In this document: positions 34,921-44,886 of the stretch, piece after piece | Layout of the letters: the number at the start of each line of letters is the position of its first letter | Numbering within the stretch: position 1 is the first letter of the stretch | Origin: an uncultured Pseudomonadales bacterium | Lineage (GTDB): Bacteria; Patescibacteriota; Microgenomatia; UBA1400; PJMF01 | Assembly: GCA_964607285.1 (NCBI GenBank) | Contig: CAZSJW010000001.1 | Span: 2,514-66,513 of the forward strand | Reading direction: 5' to 3' | Length of the DNA stretch: 64,000 nt | Program-made: the position numbers and the translations under genes | The notes under the pieces: generated by a model | The model's database searches: none | Seen by the model: the letters and a program-made list of their open reading frames with translations, nothing else | Told to the model about the DNA's origin: nothing

Positions 34921-36153
34921 TTAGTAATTGACGTGCAAGTAGAAGGTGCTGATGTCTGAGTCTTTGTGCTTTACCTTGACGTATCTGAGTTGGCCTCCTC
35001 CACAAGAAATGCTACCGCGGAATAGCTCACCGTCCTTGACTGCCTTCACCGTGTAGTCTTGAGATTTGCTGGCCATGTCAATGCCCGTATGTGGAGCACC
35101 ACCATAAGCTCGGCGAACACGAGCATAGTACGTCATCCCGTACCCCTGGTTTATTTTTGCAGGATCACTGAGCGGCCACTCCCAGTCTCCGCCGAAACCG
35201 AACGCACCATCTGGGTCATTGTTCCAAGCCGCTGAAATTGGTTTTAGGTATCCTGCAGGGTTATAGTTTACGCCGCCGCGAACAACTTCAAAATGCAAAT
35301 GGGTGCCATTTGAACAAGTTGATGCTCCTACAATAATAGAAGCAATTTTATCTCCTTGGGAGACATTTCCTACTTTAGACTCACTTCCTTTTCCAGCAAT
35401 GATAGATTGGATAGCGTTTAACTCAGCTAAGGTTTTCTCAAGCTCTGCCTGGTACTTTGCTTCGTTGTTGCGGGTTTCGGTAAGAAGAAACTGCTGCTCT
35501 TGTTTTTGTTTCCCTAAGGCTCCGCGCTCCACTTCGAGTTTAGTTTGTTTAGTTTGTACTTCAGTTTGTTTCTTTTCTTTTAAGGCTTTTTGATCGTCAT
35601 ACTCTATGCGTTGGCTTTCAGCTTTACCCATGGCAAGTGCTGTTTGTTGACCCGCTTCTGTGACATACTTATACTGTGAGACTAGATGATTAAATGAACC
35701 TGAGGATGCTAATAAGACTAATGGGGTGGTTTGGGCAGTTTTGTACTGACTGCGAATGCGATCAATCAGCACAGTGCTTAGGCGGTCCAGCGAAACGTTG
35801 AGACCACTGATGCGAGTAGTGAGTTCACGAATTTCTCTCTCCAGTTGCTCAATTTCAGTTTCCAGCTGGTTGATTTCCAGTTGCTGGATAGTGATTTTAC
35901 CGTTGATGATACTAATGGTATTAGTGAGGGTAACCTTTTGTGTTCCTATTTCTTGCAGTTTTGATTGCAAGCAGCTTTTTTTATCATCAATACACCGTAA
36001 GTATTCATCTTCGACCTGCAGGTTTTTATCACAAGCTATGGTGCCACAATCGTCTGCAGCGTACAGGGGGGTAGTACGAATTTGGAAAATAATACCAGCG
36101 CAAACGCCAATAGCGACTATGGCTGTAAAAAATTTGAGAAAAGTAGTGTGCAT
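34921..36153 (-). CDS. Coiled-coil M23 (LytM-type) metallopeptidase with permuted motif order; EnvC/PcsB-like partner of FtsEX
   Basis: N-terminal TM/signal, ~200-aa heptad-rich region, then GTHLHFEV (HxH) about 70 aa before PHTGID (HxxxD), ending in FYLHVNY. ATG at 36153 preferred over the TTG at 36201. Confidence 0.85.
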   Translation of the reverse strand: MHTTFLKFFTAIVAIGVCAGIIFQIRTTPLYAADDCGTIACDKNLQVEDEYLRCIDDKKSCLQSKLQEIGTQKVTLTNTISIINGKITIQQLEINQLETEIEQLEREIRELTTRISGLNVSLDRLSTVLIDRIRSQYKTAQTTPLVLLASSGSFNHLVSQYKYVTEAGQQTALAMGKAESQRIEYDDQKALKEKKQTEVQTKQTKLEVERGALGKQKQEQQFLLTETRNNEAKYQAELEKTLAELNAIQSIIAGKGSESKVGNVSQGDKIASIIVGASTCSNGTHLHFEVVRGGVNYNPAGYLKPISAAWNNDPDGAFGFGGDWEWPLSDPAKINQGYGMTYYARVRRAYGGAPHTGIDMASKSQDYTVKAVKDGELFRGSISCGGGQLRYVKVKHKDSDISTFYLHVNY

Positions 36154-36216
36154 GCGACAAGCATTACAGTACCAGAAATATGCTGTTTTGTCAGTCCACA
36201 ACTTGAGGAAGTGTCG

Positions 36217-37083
36217 CTATCTGAGATATCTGCGTACTGCTACTAAGCCTGCAATGCCACCTAGTATCATGCCCGCCCCATTGCCAATGCCGATTTGTGT
36301 AGCCAGAAACAAGGGAGGAACAGGGAGTACTGTAATTTCACCCAAAAATTCTTGTATCCATGGTGAGGCATAGAGAAGCATGGTGTACATGAGAGTCCAC
36401 CCCACAAGAGAACCTAGTATGCCGTATAGCATCCCTTCCCACACGAATGGGCTTTGGACATATCCTTTGGTTGCACCAATAATTCTCATGATGGTGATGG
36501 CCCTTCGTTGATTGGCTGCTTTGATTGCAATCAATACCATGACTGTGAGAAAAGAAATAACAGCTAGCACGCCAACAATGGCGAGTCCAATCGCCCGTAT
36601 AGATGAGGTCCAGCGATTGAGTGCGTCCACTATGTCTTGTTGGTACACAACATCTTCAACACCAGGTGTTTTTTCTAGGTCAGCTTTTATTTGAGGCAGA
36701 TCGGCGATTTTCACGGCTGAAACTTCGATGCTGGCGGGCAAAATGTCTGCAGTTACCAGCTCAAGGAGCAGAGGATCGTCTTTATTTTCTGCTTTGTACA
36801 ACTCAAGTGCTTCTTCTTGAGTTACCACTGTTGTGTCCTTCACGTAAGGCTTTTCTTGCATGGATGTGGCAAGTGTTGTGATATCAGTATCAGGTGTTTT
36901 TAGTTCAAAAAAAGCAATGATTTGTGGTCTAGCTTCAAAATACTGCAAGACTACATGTCCCCCCGTTACTACCAGCGAAAAAATATAGGCCACAAAAAAA
37001 GTCAGTGAAACCATCATGATTGAAACTAATGCCTGGTACGGCGTACGACGCATTGTGGTCAGTGCAGTAGACAGTGATTTCAT
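36217..37083 (-). CDS. ftsX: Cell division permease-like protein FtsX
   Basis: 288 aa. TM1, large extracellular loop, three C-terminal TMs with RIIGATKGYVQSPFVWEG. ATGA overlap with ftsE. Confidence 0.9.
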   Translation of the reverse strand: MKSLSTALTTMRRTPYQALVSIMMVSLTFFVAYIFSLVVTGGHVVLQYFEARPQIIAFFELKTPDTDITTLATSMQEKPYVKDTTVVTQEEALELYKAENKDDPLLLELVTADILPASIEVSAVKIADLPQIKADLEKTPGVEDVVYQQDIVDALNRWTSSIRAIGLAIVGVLAVISFLTVMVLIAIKAANQRRAITIMRIIGATKGYVQSPFVWEGMLYGILGSLVGWTLMYTMLLYASPWIQEFLGEITVLPVPPLFLATQIGIGNGAGMILGGIAGLVAVRRYLR

Positions 37084-38066
37084 GCCAGCTCCTCGTCATC
37101 TAAGCTCTCTACTTTCACTGTAACAAGAGTACTTTTTTTATCGGGATTTTTATCAGTTGTCTGTTGTTTTTTGTTACTGGATTTTTCTTTTTCTTCGCCT
37201 GACTTTGATTCTTCTTCATGCTCTGCAGACTTCGTGATTTTTTCTTTGGAGTCTGTTGATTCGGATTTTTTGCTACCAAACCAACGTGCAAAGAAGCTAG
37301 GTTTTTTTTCTTTGCTTTCGATCACTTTGCTAGTATCAATCTCTTTTTTCTCTTCAGCCTGAATTAGTTTTTTATTATTGGGAGATTTTGGGGGTTCAGA
37401 TGTATGTGTATCTAGAGTAATTTTACCATCTTCCAGATTGATTCGCCGTTTGTCTGCAAACAATGAAATGATATGCGGGTCGTGTGTAGCAAAAAGAATG
37501 GTAGTACCAAGTTTATTTATGGTGTGTAATAAATGAGCGATGTTGGTGGCGGTATCTCTATCAAGATTGCCTGTTGGTTCATCGGCGCAAATAACAGTAG
37601 GTGCTATTGCCAACGCTCGGGCAATACTAATTCGCTGTGCTTCACCACCAGATAATTGGCGAGGGAACACTTCTGATTTTCCAGTGAGTTGCACCAGTTT
37701 AAGCAAATCTGTCACCCGTTCTTCTATCTCACTTTGTGGCTTACCTATGATGTAGAGGGGAAGCGCAATGTTTTCCCAAACATTGAGTTCAGGTAATAGT
37801 CGGTAGTCTTGAAAGACCACGCCAATTTTACGACGATGGTGGTGAATTTCACGCTCGCGAATATCGGAGAGTGCTTTACCCTGGAACTCGATAGCCCCAC
37901 TTGTGGGTTCATACTCCCTGGTGAGCAGTCTCATGAGTGTAGTTTTGCCACTACCTGAAGGGCCAGTTATGAACACCATTTCACCTGGTTCTATAGAAAA
38001 GGAAACGTCAAAAACACCAGTAGAGTCGGGCAAAAAGGCTTTTGTGACTGAGCTAAACGTTATCAT
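37080..38066 (-). CDS. ftsE: Cell division ATP-binding protein FtsE with ~100-aa Lys/Glu/Ser-rich C-terminal extension
   Basis: Walker [10 protein letters not shown], signature LSGGEAQR, Walker [13 protein letters not shown], then the low-complexity tail [15 protein letters not shown]...[12 protein letters not shown]. Confidence 0.9.
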   Translation of the reverse strand: MITFSSVTKAFLPDSTGVFDVSFSIEPGEMVFITGPSGSGKTTLMRLLTREYEPTSGAIEFQGKALSDIREREIHHHRRKIGVVFQDYRLLPELNVWENIALPLYIIGKPQSEIEERVTDLLKLVQLTGKSEVFPRQLSGGEAQRISIARALAIAPTVICADEPTGNLDRDTATNIAHLLHTINKLGTTILFATHDPHIISLFADKRRINLEDGKITLDTHTSEPPKSPNNKKLIQAEEKKEIDTSKVIESKEKKPSFFARWFGSKKSESTDSKEKITKSAEHEEESKSGEEKEKSSNKKQQTTDKNPDKKSTLVTVKVESLDDEELA

Positions 38067-38108
38067 ACGAGCAGGTGTTGATTTCGTTTATCGCTGAGGA
38101 TAAACAGT

Positions 38109-38702
38109 TTACTCTTCGGTTGGTGCTGTACCAGATGGGTTGACCACTTCTACCTTGCCCACATCCATGAGCCAGCCAACTTTTTGGCCTTTGAAAGTTT
38201 CTCCCCATACTTTTACATCCATGCCGACAAGCTTATCCAAGTCTGTTACTGATGAAGTAAGGTACACCGTTTGTGAGTCTCCACCTGGGCGTAAGAGTTT
38301 GTGTGAGCCTTCTCCCGACAATCCACCCGCTTCGAGGTATCCTTCAGCACTGTCTTTAAAGACTTCAGCAGTACTGCCAAACACATCACCAGCTTTGACA
38401 CTATCACCAGCTACTTTTTGCATGGGTGAAGGACCTGTATCTGTGTCTCCCCCACCTGAGCGTGAAGCCGAGAGCTTGTTAGCCCCGAAACCAGTGGCAA
38501 CTCCTGCCACAATGGCTAGGACAGTGAGAACAACTAGTGGTGCTTTGGAGGGTTTTGGCATATGTGCTTCTCTAAATGCAGGGTCAGAAGATTGTTTTGT
38601 AAGGTCATTAGTATCTGACATGTGGGCAAGTGAGTCAACCTGTGAATGTGTGCCTGCTGTGGCAGTATCTACTGGTGTGTTAGTGAGGGATAGTTTGTGC
38701 AT
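38109..38702 (-). CDS. Single-pass membrane protein, hypothetical
   Basis: ATG at 38702; the tracked start 38774 abuts the prfB stop. One TM PLVVLTVLAIVAGVATGFGA. Gly/Asp-rich ectodomain. Confidence 0.7.
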   Translation of the reverse strand: MHKLSLTNTPVDTATAGTHSQVDSLAHMSDTNDLTKQSSDPAFREAHMPKPSKAPLVVLTVLAIVAGVATGFGANKLSASRSGGGDTDTGPSPMQKVAGDSVKAGDVFGSTAEVFKDSAEGYLEAGGLSGEGSHKLLRPGGDSQTVYLTSSVTDLDKLVGMDVKVWGETFKGQKVGWLMDVGKVEVVNPSGTAPTEE

Positions 38703-38774
38703 AGCTAGTCTCCGATACTCAGCATCCAGTATAGCATGATGCTGTGTGAACTGTGAGGTCGCAAAATTACACAA

Positions 38775-39875
38775 TTATGGGATATGTTGTAGTTCAGCTT
38801 GAATAAAACCATCCAGATCTCCATCAAGTACAGCATCTGTGTCGGAGCTCTCATGTTCAGTGCGTGTGTCTTTTACCAAATGGTATGGATGGAGTACGTA
38901 GTTTCTGATTTGTGTGCCCCAGCTCGCGTTGGTGTGTTGTCCTTTTTCTTTGCTGAGCTCTGCCTGAACTCTTTGTTCTTCTAACTGGGCTAGTTTTGCT
39001 TTTAGTTTTTTTAGTGCTCGTTCTTTGTTTTGTACTTGGCTACGCTCTTCACGGCAGCGCACTGAAATACCTGTCGGAATGTGGGTGAGTTCTACGGCTG
39101 TATTAACTTTATTTACATTTTGCCCTCCAGCTCCACCTGCACGTGAGAACTGCCAAGACAGGTCACTTTCTTTTAGGTCCACATCGGGTATGTCATCTTC
39201 AACAAGAGGAAGTATTTCTACTAGTGCAAATGAAGTTTGGCGCAGACTATCTGCATTAAAAGGACTCAGTCGTACTAGCCTGTGCGTTCCCGTTTCTCTT
39301 CGCAGGTAGCCGTAGGCATACGGGACAGTAACTTCATACTCTGCGGCTTTTATGCCAGCTTCCTCGCCGCGAGACTCGGAGACAAATGTATATTTCCATC
39401 CTTTACGTTCGAAGTAGCGAACATACATACGCCTCAGCATGTCAGCCCAATCCATGGCCTCAGTACCACCTTGACCCGAGTGAATGGAGACTATGGCTCC
39501 GAAACTGTCAAACTTGCCCGATAAATATTGCTGCAGTTCTAAGCTTGCCAATCGTTTCTCTAGTCGTTTTAGTGCTATTTCAAGCTCTGTTTGCAATTCA
39601 GGTTGTTCATCACTGAGTTCTGCCTGTAGCTCAACAAATGCTTGTACATCAGCAATTAGTTTTTGTGCTTCGCGGTACTGGTTGAGCAGTTCTGTGTCTA
39701 CAGACAACTTGCGCATGTGTGCTTGTGCGTCGGGATTAGACCAAAAATCAGGGAGTAGGGTAGCTTGCTCTTGAGCTGCAATTGATTCTTCCAACGGTTT
39801 GACTAACTCTGGTGTGACTAGTCTTTCAAACTGATCTGTAAGTTTGGCAATTGTGTCGCGAACATCAGGACTCAT
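38775..39875 (-). CDS. prfB: Peptide chain release factor 2, uninterrupted ORF
   Basis: SPF tripeptide (RLSPFNADS) and GGQ ([10 protein letters not shown]). ATG at 39875 ([12 protein letters not shown]) is the likely start. No in-frame UGA frameshift site. Confidence 0.9.
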   Translation of the reverse strand: MSPDVRDTIAKLTDQFERLVTPELVKPLEESIAAQEQATLLPDFWSNPDAQAHMRKLSVDTELLNQYREAQKLIADVQAFVELQAELSDEQPELQTELEIALKRLEKRLASLELQQYLSGKFDSFGAIVSIHSGQGGTEAMDWADMLRRMYVRYFERKGWKYTFVSESRGEEAGIKAAEYEVTVPYAYGYLRRETGTHRLVRLSPFNADSLRQTSFALVEILPLVEDDIPDVDLKESDLSWQFSRAGGAGGQNVNKVNTAVELTHIPTGISVRCREERSQVQNKERALKKLKAKLAQLEEQRVQAELSKEKGQHTNASWGTQIRNYVLHPYHLVKDTRTEHESSDTDAVLDGDLDGFIQAELQHIP

Positions 39876-39986
39876 GGAAGCGATTGTAGCACGAGATGTA
39901 GGTAAAGACTGAGATTCAATTTGCTTATTTGTGTGTGTAAAGCTACAATCCACACCTGGAACAAATACATCATACTGCGAATAAAT

Positions 39987-40367
39987 ATGTCAAGTAATTT
40001 AATTGAATTAGGGAGCAACAAGACCGAACGGTTGTTTTACCGAGTTGTACATGAGACGGGTTTGGATGTACGTCTTTCAACTTCCATTCGTTCACCAATA
40101 CCAGTAGAAGATAAACATGGGGAAATTAAAAAAACTGTCACCACTCCCGATTTTATTGTCGAGGATACAGTATCGCAAAAATGGATGTATGTTGAAGTCA
40201 CACAGGGCAGCGGGTCGTGGAGCTCAAAAGCCGCGCAAGAAAGAGTTGTGCAAGCTGCAGGAGTAGAGAATTATATTCAATTGACAGGTAGGCAGATAGA
40301 GCAACTGGTGGCGGAAGAAAAGGCAGAGCTAAGAAAACTTCTAATTATCGCTTTTTTTAATTGGTGA
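39987..40367 (+). CDS. Small hypothetical protein (possible PD-(D/E)XK-like core, weak)
   Basis: 126 aa from the ATG at 39987. TPDFIVED...MYVEVTQG vaguely resembles a restriction-endonuclease-fold motif, but the Lys is replaced. Confidence 0.55.
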   Translation: MSSNLIELGSNKTERLFYRVVHETGLDVRLSTSIRSPIPVEDKHGEIKKTVTTPDFIVEDTVSQKWMYVEVTQGSGSWSSKAAQERVVQAAGVENYIQLTGRQIEQLVAEEKAELRKLLIIAFFNW

Positions 40368-41991
40368 TTGTGATGGATGTATTGCTAGGTGAGGTTCCCG
40401 ACTGTGGGGTGAAGATAACTGGATACCTGGCAAGCTCGGTATTTTCTGTGTGCACCAAAAATCTAACAGTAGTACTAGTTTGTTCAGGTACTTGGACCAA
40501 CATTCCATATTCTGTGAGCTCAGTTCCCGCATAAGTGGTAACTGTACGGGTAGATTGTGGAGTGGTTGTTGTCCCATCTATCGATACGCTATCGAGTTCC
40601 CAACCTGGTAGCACAAACAGCCGTTGAAAATTGCTGTACACACTGTCTCTAACAGAACTCCCTGTTTGAAGTTGCACATCACTTGGAGTGTTATTGTTTT
40701 GGATTGTCAAATCTACTGTAATTTGTTGAGTATGTTTGGAGATGGTAATGGCTCTACTGATTTCTCTATTAGCTTTATTAATTCCAACATTCGATTCGAT
40801 TAAAAATATTGGATTAGTTTGTGGCACGGTAGTAAGTTCTCCAGTCATCTGTAGCTGCTGTAATGATTCTTGCAGCTGCGAATTACTTGCAAACACTTGA
40901 ATTTCACGCAGCACTACTGCAGATCGAAACACCTGTGCCAACTCTAGCAACTGTTGGTTTGATAACGAGGCAGCACGCAGTTGCACTTGGACGAGCAATT
41001 GTTCGAGCAGATGTTTTTTTTGTATGCTGCCCGCAAAGAACTCTGCTCTTTCTGAACGCAGTGCAGTTCCGATGTTGTCTGCACTTATTTCAGTGGCATA
41101 GTCTGGAAGTTTGATTGGTCCAAGTATGGACATACTGCGTTCTGCAAGTGTGAGGTTTATTGTGGCAACGGTGTGAATATTCAATCGATTTCCCAGAGCA
41201 AAAAACTGTAAAATGTGCTGTGCACTGGTTGGAAAGTCTGGATCCCAGTTGGCATCGGGTAGGCGCAATCCTCGATTGTCACTGAGGTACTCTTTGACTC
41301 CAGGTGGGGCTTCCAGGTATCCAGTAAACTGACCATCCGCATCGTAAATGTCTTCTACAACCCACTCAGACACCTGTGCATCTTTTAGCGTGATCAGTAC
41401 ATACGAACCCATAAAGCCACCAGTTGCTCTTAGCTCGTCAGTGTTTTGTAAGAGGAGAAGTACGTGTCCGTCTGTATCGATAAGTTGATTTATGGCAGCA
41501 AGCGTAGTGGAAACACTCTTCGCAGAGGTTGCTGCATCTGGATAAATGCGTTCAAGTGCCTGAAGTGTACGTGGGTTTTTTTCTAAATTATTGGTCAATG
41601 CTGTTGTGTGCTCTTCCAATTTTTTTAGTTGGTCTTTGACTGGTCTGAAATCTATAGTACCTGTTGTTTGTTGAGCAAATAGTGAAGGTAACTGAGTAGC
41701 AATTTGTGTTGAGTAAATGGCTATTTCTGGTATGAGTCTGAGTGGAGCAAGGACGAAGTTGTCGCCAAGAGCTTTAGGTGCAATCAATCTAGCAAATGGC
41801 AACAGATTTTGAGTAGCTGTATGGATTTTCGAAATGTTTCTCTCATCCACAGCTTGCTGTAGCTGCCAAAGTTGCAAGGTAATATACAGAAAAGCAACTA
41901 GTATGCATGCTAGTAAAACATGTGCGCCATGCTTTACAATTCGGCGCACATGTTGAGCATTATTTGAGTGTAATTGTTGTGATTGTGTCAC
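40357..41991 (-). CDS. DUF4012-like membrane-anchored protein
   Basis: N-terminal TM. Block NTDELRATGGFMGSYVLITLKDAQV matches my recollection of the DUF4012 signature (E.R.TGG..G.Y). Not verified by search. Confidence 0.6.
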   Translation of the reverse strand: MTQSQQLHSNNAQHVRRIVKHGAHVLLACILVAFLYITLQLWQLQQAVDERNISKIHTATQNLLPFARLIAPKALGDNFVLAPLRLIPEIAIYSTQIATQLPSLFAQQTTGTIDFRPVKDQLKKLEEHTTALTNNLEKNPRTLQALERIYPDAATSAKSVSTTLAAINQLIDTDGHVLLLLQNTDELRATGGFMGSYVLITLKDAQVSEWVVEDIYDADGQFTGYLEAPPGVKEYLSDNRGLRLPDANWDPDFPTSAQHILQFFALGNRLNIHTVATINLTLAERSMSILGPIKLPDYATEISADNIGTALRSERAEFFAGSIQKKHLLEQLLVQVQLRAASLSNQQLLELAQVFRSAVVLREIQVFASNSQLQESLQQLQMTGELTTVPQTNPIFLIESNVGINKANREISRAITISKHTQQITVDLTIQNNNTPSDVQLQTGSSVRDSVYSNFQRLFVLPGWELDSVSIDGTTTTPQSTRTVTTYAGTELTEYGMLVQVPEQTSTTVRFLVHTENTELARYPVIFTPQSGTSPSNTSITITN

Positions 41992-42622
41992 CGACAGTAA
42001 TGTTCTCTAACACGTCCATACCAGAAAGTACTTTACCAAATACCGCATGTTTGCCATCTAGCCACGGGGTTGCCTCGTACGTTATGAAAAACTGACTGCC
42101 ACCAGTGTTAGCACCTGCATTTGCCATAGATAGAATACCTGGACCATTGTGGGTAAGGGTAGGGTCAAACTCATCAGCAATTGTGTATCCTGGTCCGCCA
42201 CTGCCCCACATGCCTTGTTTTGTAGCATCTTTTGTCAGCGGATCGCCAACTTGGGCCATAAAATCTGGTATTACTCGGTGGAAAACAATGCCATTGTAGT
42301 ATTTTTCAGATACTAAATTAACAAAGTTGGCTGTGGTGAGGGGTGCTTTATCTCGATACAGCTCTACAGTGATGCTACCTTTGCTTGTTTCGATTACTGC
42401 TTCGGTAGCTGCTATCTCTTTAAAATCTGCAAGTGTTTTCTGTGTCGGCATAGTTGGTTCCTCTTGATTTGCTACTGGATTTGTACTGATTGTATTAGAT
42501 TTTTGAGTACCAAGATCCACGTCATCAGTCGTGGTTTGTGTGGGGAGACACGCACTGAGTACGAGTGAAGCTGTGATCAAGCTGATACCTACTACTAAGG
42601 AGGTTTGGGATCTACTGAGCAT
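41960..42622 (-). CDS. Cyclophilin-type peptidyl-prolyl isomerase, lipoprotein
   Basis: Lipobox LVLSAC. Cyclophilin blocks YNGIVFHRVIPDFMAQVGDP and GILSMANAGANTGGSQFFIT. Confidence 0.88.
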   Translation of the reverse strand: MLSRSQTSLVVGISLITASLVLSACLPTQTTTDDVDLGTQKSNTISTNPVANQEEPTMPTQKTLADFKEIAATEAVIETSKGSITVELYRDKAPLTTANFVNLVSEKYYNGIVFHRVIPDFMAQVGDPLTKDATKQGMWGSGGPGYTIADEFDPTLTHNGPGILSMANAGANTGGSQFFITYEATPWLDGKHAVFGKVLSGMDVLENITVGDTITTITLK

Positions 42623-42658
42623 AGGTCACCATGCTACAATAGATCGGAGGATTTCGCA

Positions 42659-43387
42659 ATGAGTTTGACGATCACTTTGTTACACGGTTGGGCGGTAAGT
42701 CCCGAGAATCAGTCCAAGTGGGTACAGTTTCGGGCATGTTTGAAGAGAAAAGGCTTTGATACGCGATTTTTACCAATACCTGGACTTTCTTCACCACTAG
42801 ATACAGCATGGGGTTTACAAGAATATGTACTCTGGTTGCATGCGCAACTTAAACACGGTAAAAAAACCATTTTGTTAGGCCATTCTTTCGGTGGACAAAT
42901 CGTATCACGCTTTGCAGCTTTGTATCCAGAAAAAGTATCCGCAGTTATTTTAATTGATAGCGCTGGAATTCGTGATAGATCTATTGCTGTGGTGATAAAG
43001 AGGAGCGTATTCAAATGTATAGCAACTCTAGGAAAGAAATTGACAAACTCGCCACAACTTCGACACATCATCTACAAATTAGCCCGAGAAAAAGATTACT
43101 TTGAAGCGTCACCAGTGTTGCGTAGGACCATGGCAGCGGTGCTTGCAGATGAAGTTACCTCAGATTTGCCAAAGATTTCGGCACCTACCTGTATCATATG
43201 GGGGGAACACGATCGAGTCACCCCTCCCAAATTGGCTTATCAATTCAACGCCCTCATCCCCAACTCGCAACTACACATCATAACAGGTGCTCGGCACTCT
43301 CCTCAGTTTTCACATCCTACAACTGTTGCTGAGTATATTGTTGCTTTCTTACAAGCTGAGTTTCTTGTGCCTGGAGGCAAATCATGA
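42659..43387 (+). CDS. Alpha/beta-fold hydrolase
   Basis: SD GGAGGA before the ATG at 42659. HG oxyanion LLHGW, nucleophile elbow GHSFGG, C-terminal GARHSP His. Confidence 0.8.
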   Translation: MSLTITLLHGWAVSPENQSKWVQFRACLKRKGFDTRFLPIPGLSSPLDTAWGLQEYVLWLHAQLKHGKKTILLGHSFGGQIVSRFAALYPEKVSAVILIDSAGIRDRSIAVVIKRSVFKCIATLGKKLTNSPQLRHIIYKLAREKDYFEASPVLRRTMAAVLADEVTSDLPKISAPTCIIWGEHDRVTPPKLAYQFNALIPNSQLHIITGARHSPQFSHPTTVAEYIVAFLQAEFLVPGGKS

Positions 43388-44886
43388 ACTGGTTTGTCAT
43401 ATGTATCGCTACTATCTATGGTATTTCGGCTCTAGTCCGTTTGGTGCGGTGGGTGGCAATTTTACAGCAAAAGGAGTATAGATTTGATAGAGTTCGAGTT
43501 TTTTTATTGTCATCTGAAGGCAATGCAGAATTTCTACGCTTGCTTCCCTCAACTTCAGACTTTTCCAGGACAGGATTCAAGCGTCCAAAGTTGACGCAAA
43601 GAGCCATAGTCTCTGCCTTGCTCAGCTTTGGAGAGTTATTGACTCTAATTTTCACTCCAATTATTTGGTACCTCAGACTGGAGTACGTCGATTCAGTTGG
43701 TGCAATTTTGTTGCTAAGTATCTGGTTACTATTTATTTTAGTGAGTATTCCTTTGCTAGTATTATTGACTGCAGTGCCGACAAGTTTGGTTGCTCAGTAT
43801 CAGACTATGGTCATGTGCCGTTCAGCTGCCAAGCTACTGGACTTTCATACACCTTTAGTGATCGGAATAACAGGGAGTTATGGCAAATCGTCGACAAAAC
43901 AGCTACTAGCTCATGTGTTGAGCAAAAAGTACCGTGTTTTTGCCACACCTCGCTCATTTAATACTCGCTACTCTGTAGCACAAAGTATTGTCATAGGCTA
44001 TAGGGGTGAGGAAATTGTCATTCTAGAGTATGGAGCGTATGGTCCAGGTGAAATTCGCAAACTGGTATCTGACTTACCAGCAAACTGGGCAGTTATTACT
44101 GGCTTTGCACCACAACATTTGGGACTGTTTGGATCAGAGGATGCAATCCTGAGGGCGAAAGCCGAACTACTTGAAGCGTTACCGCCCGATGGTAAGGCAT
44201 TTGTAAATGGTGATGATAGTGGTGTGCAGAGAATTGTTTCTGTAGCTACTATTGAGCCATCTGTGCCTGTTTTGGAGTTTTCGGTTTATTCTGTTCCTGC
44301 TCTCAAGAAGACAAAGCTTTCAAGTAATGGTTCACTGGAGATTCCATATACAGGAAAGCTTATTACAACGAACTTAGTAGGTAAGCATTATGTACAAACT
44401 ATTGCAGGTGTTTGGGCTATTGCTGCTGAGCTAGGTATGAGTGAAAAAAGCATACTTTCTCAACTCAAAAGTTTTGTTCCCACCGATACATTTATGCAAA
44501 GGTATGTGACAAGAAATGCAGTAACAATTCTCGATGATGGTGGTACTAGTAATCCTAGAGGGTTTGCTGCAGCACTAGAAGTTCTGGAGCAACTGGAGTT
44601 CGCTCAAAAAATTCTCATAACTCCAGGCATTGTGGATTTAGGGAATCAGTCCAATTCCATTCATCTAGAACTTGCTAAGCAGGCATGGAGTGTGGGGGTG
44701 AGTGAGGTCTTGTATGTTGGTGAGAATGGCAAAGGCGAGTTTAGTACTGTTTTTAGTCCAAACAGAGTTTTATCTGAACGCTCAGCTGTGCAAACTGCAC
44801 TGACTACAATGCCATCGGGGTCGGTACTGTTGATTGAAGGTAGATTACCTGGCTGGTGTGAGGATATACTCAAACAGCTACTATGA
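43384..44886 (+). CDS. Mur-ligase-family (MurF-like) protein with ~145-aa N-terminal membrane domain
   Basis: 3-4 hydrophobic segments, then ATP site GITGSYGKSSTKQLLAHVL, EYGAYGPGEI, AVITGFAPQHLGLFGSEDAILRAKAELLEALPPDGKAFVNGDD. ATGA overlap with the upstream gene. Confidence 0.8.
   Translation: MNWFVICIATIYGISALVRLVRWVAILQQKEYRFDRVRVFLLSSEGNAEFLRLLPSTSDFSRTGFKRPKLTQRAIVSALLSFGELLTLIFTPIIWYLRLEYVDSVGAILLLSIWLLFILVSIPLLVLLTAVPTSLVAQYQTMVMCRSAAKLLDFHTPLVIGITGSYGKSSTKQLLAHVLSKKYRVFATPRSFNTRYSVAQSIVIGYRGEEIVILEYGAYGPGEIRKLVSDLPANWAVITGFAPQHLGLFGSEDAILRAKAELLEALPPDGKAFVNGDDSGVQRIVSVATIEPSVPVLEFSVYSVPALKKTKLSSNGSLEIPYTGKLITTNLVGKHYVQTIAGVWAIAAELGMSEKSILSQLKSFVPTDTFMQRYVTRNAVTILDDGGTSNPRGFAAALEVLEQLEFAQKILITPGIVDLGNQSNSIHLELAKQAWSVGVSEVLYVGENGKGEFSTVFSPNRVLSERSAVQTALTTMPSGSVLLIEGRLPGWCEDILKQLL

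Noticed and set aside
38775-39953. Programmed +1 frameshift in prfB, and the 26-codon N-terminal extension of the tracked ORF.
   Set aside because: The ORF is continuous with no internal UGA. The ATG at 39875 ([12 protein letters not shown]) fits RF2 N-termini better than the tracked start at 39953.
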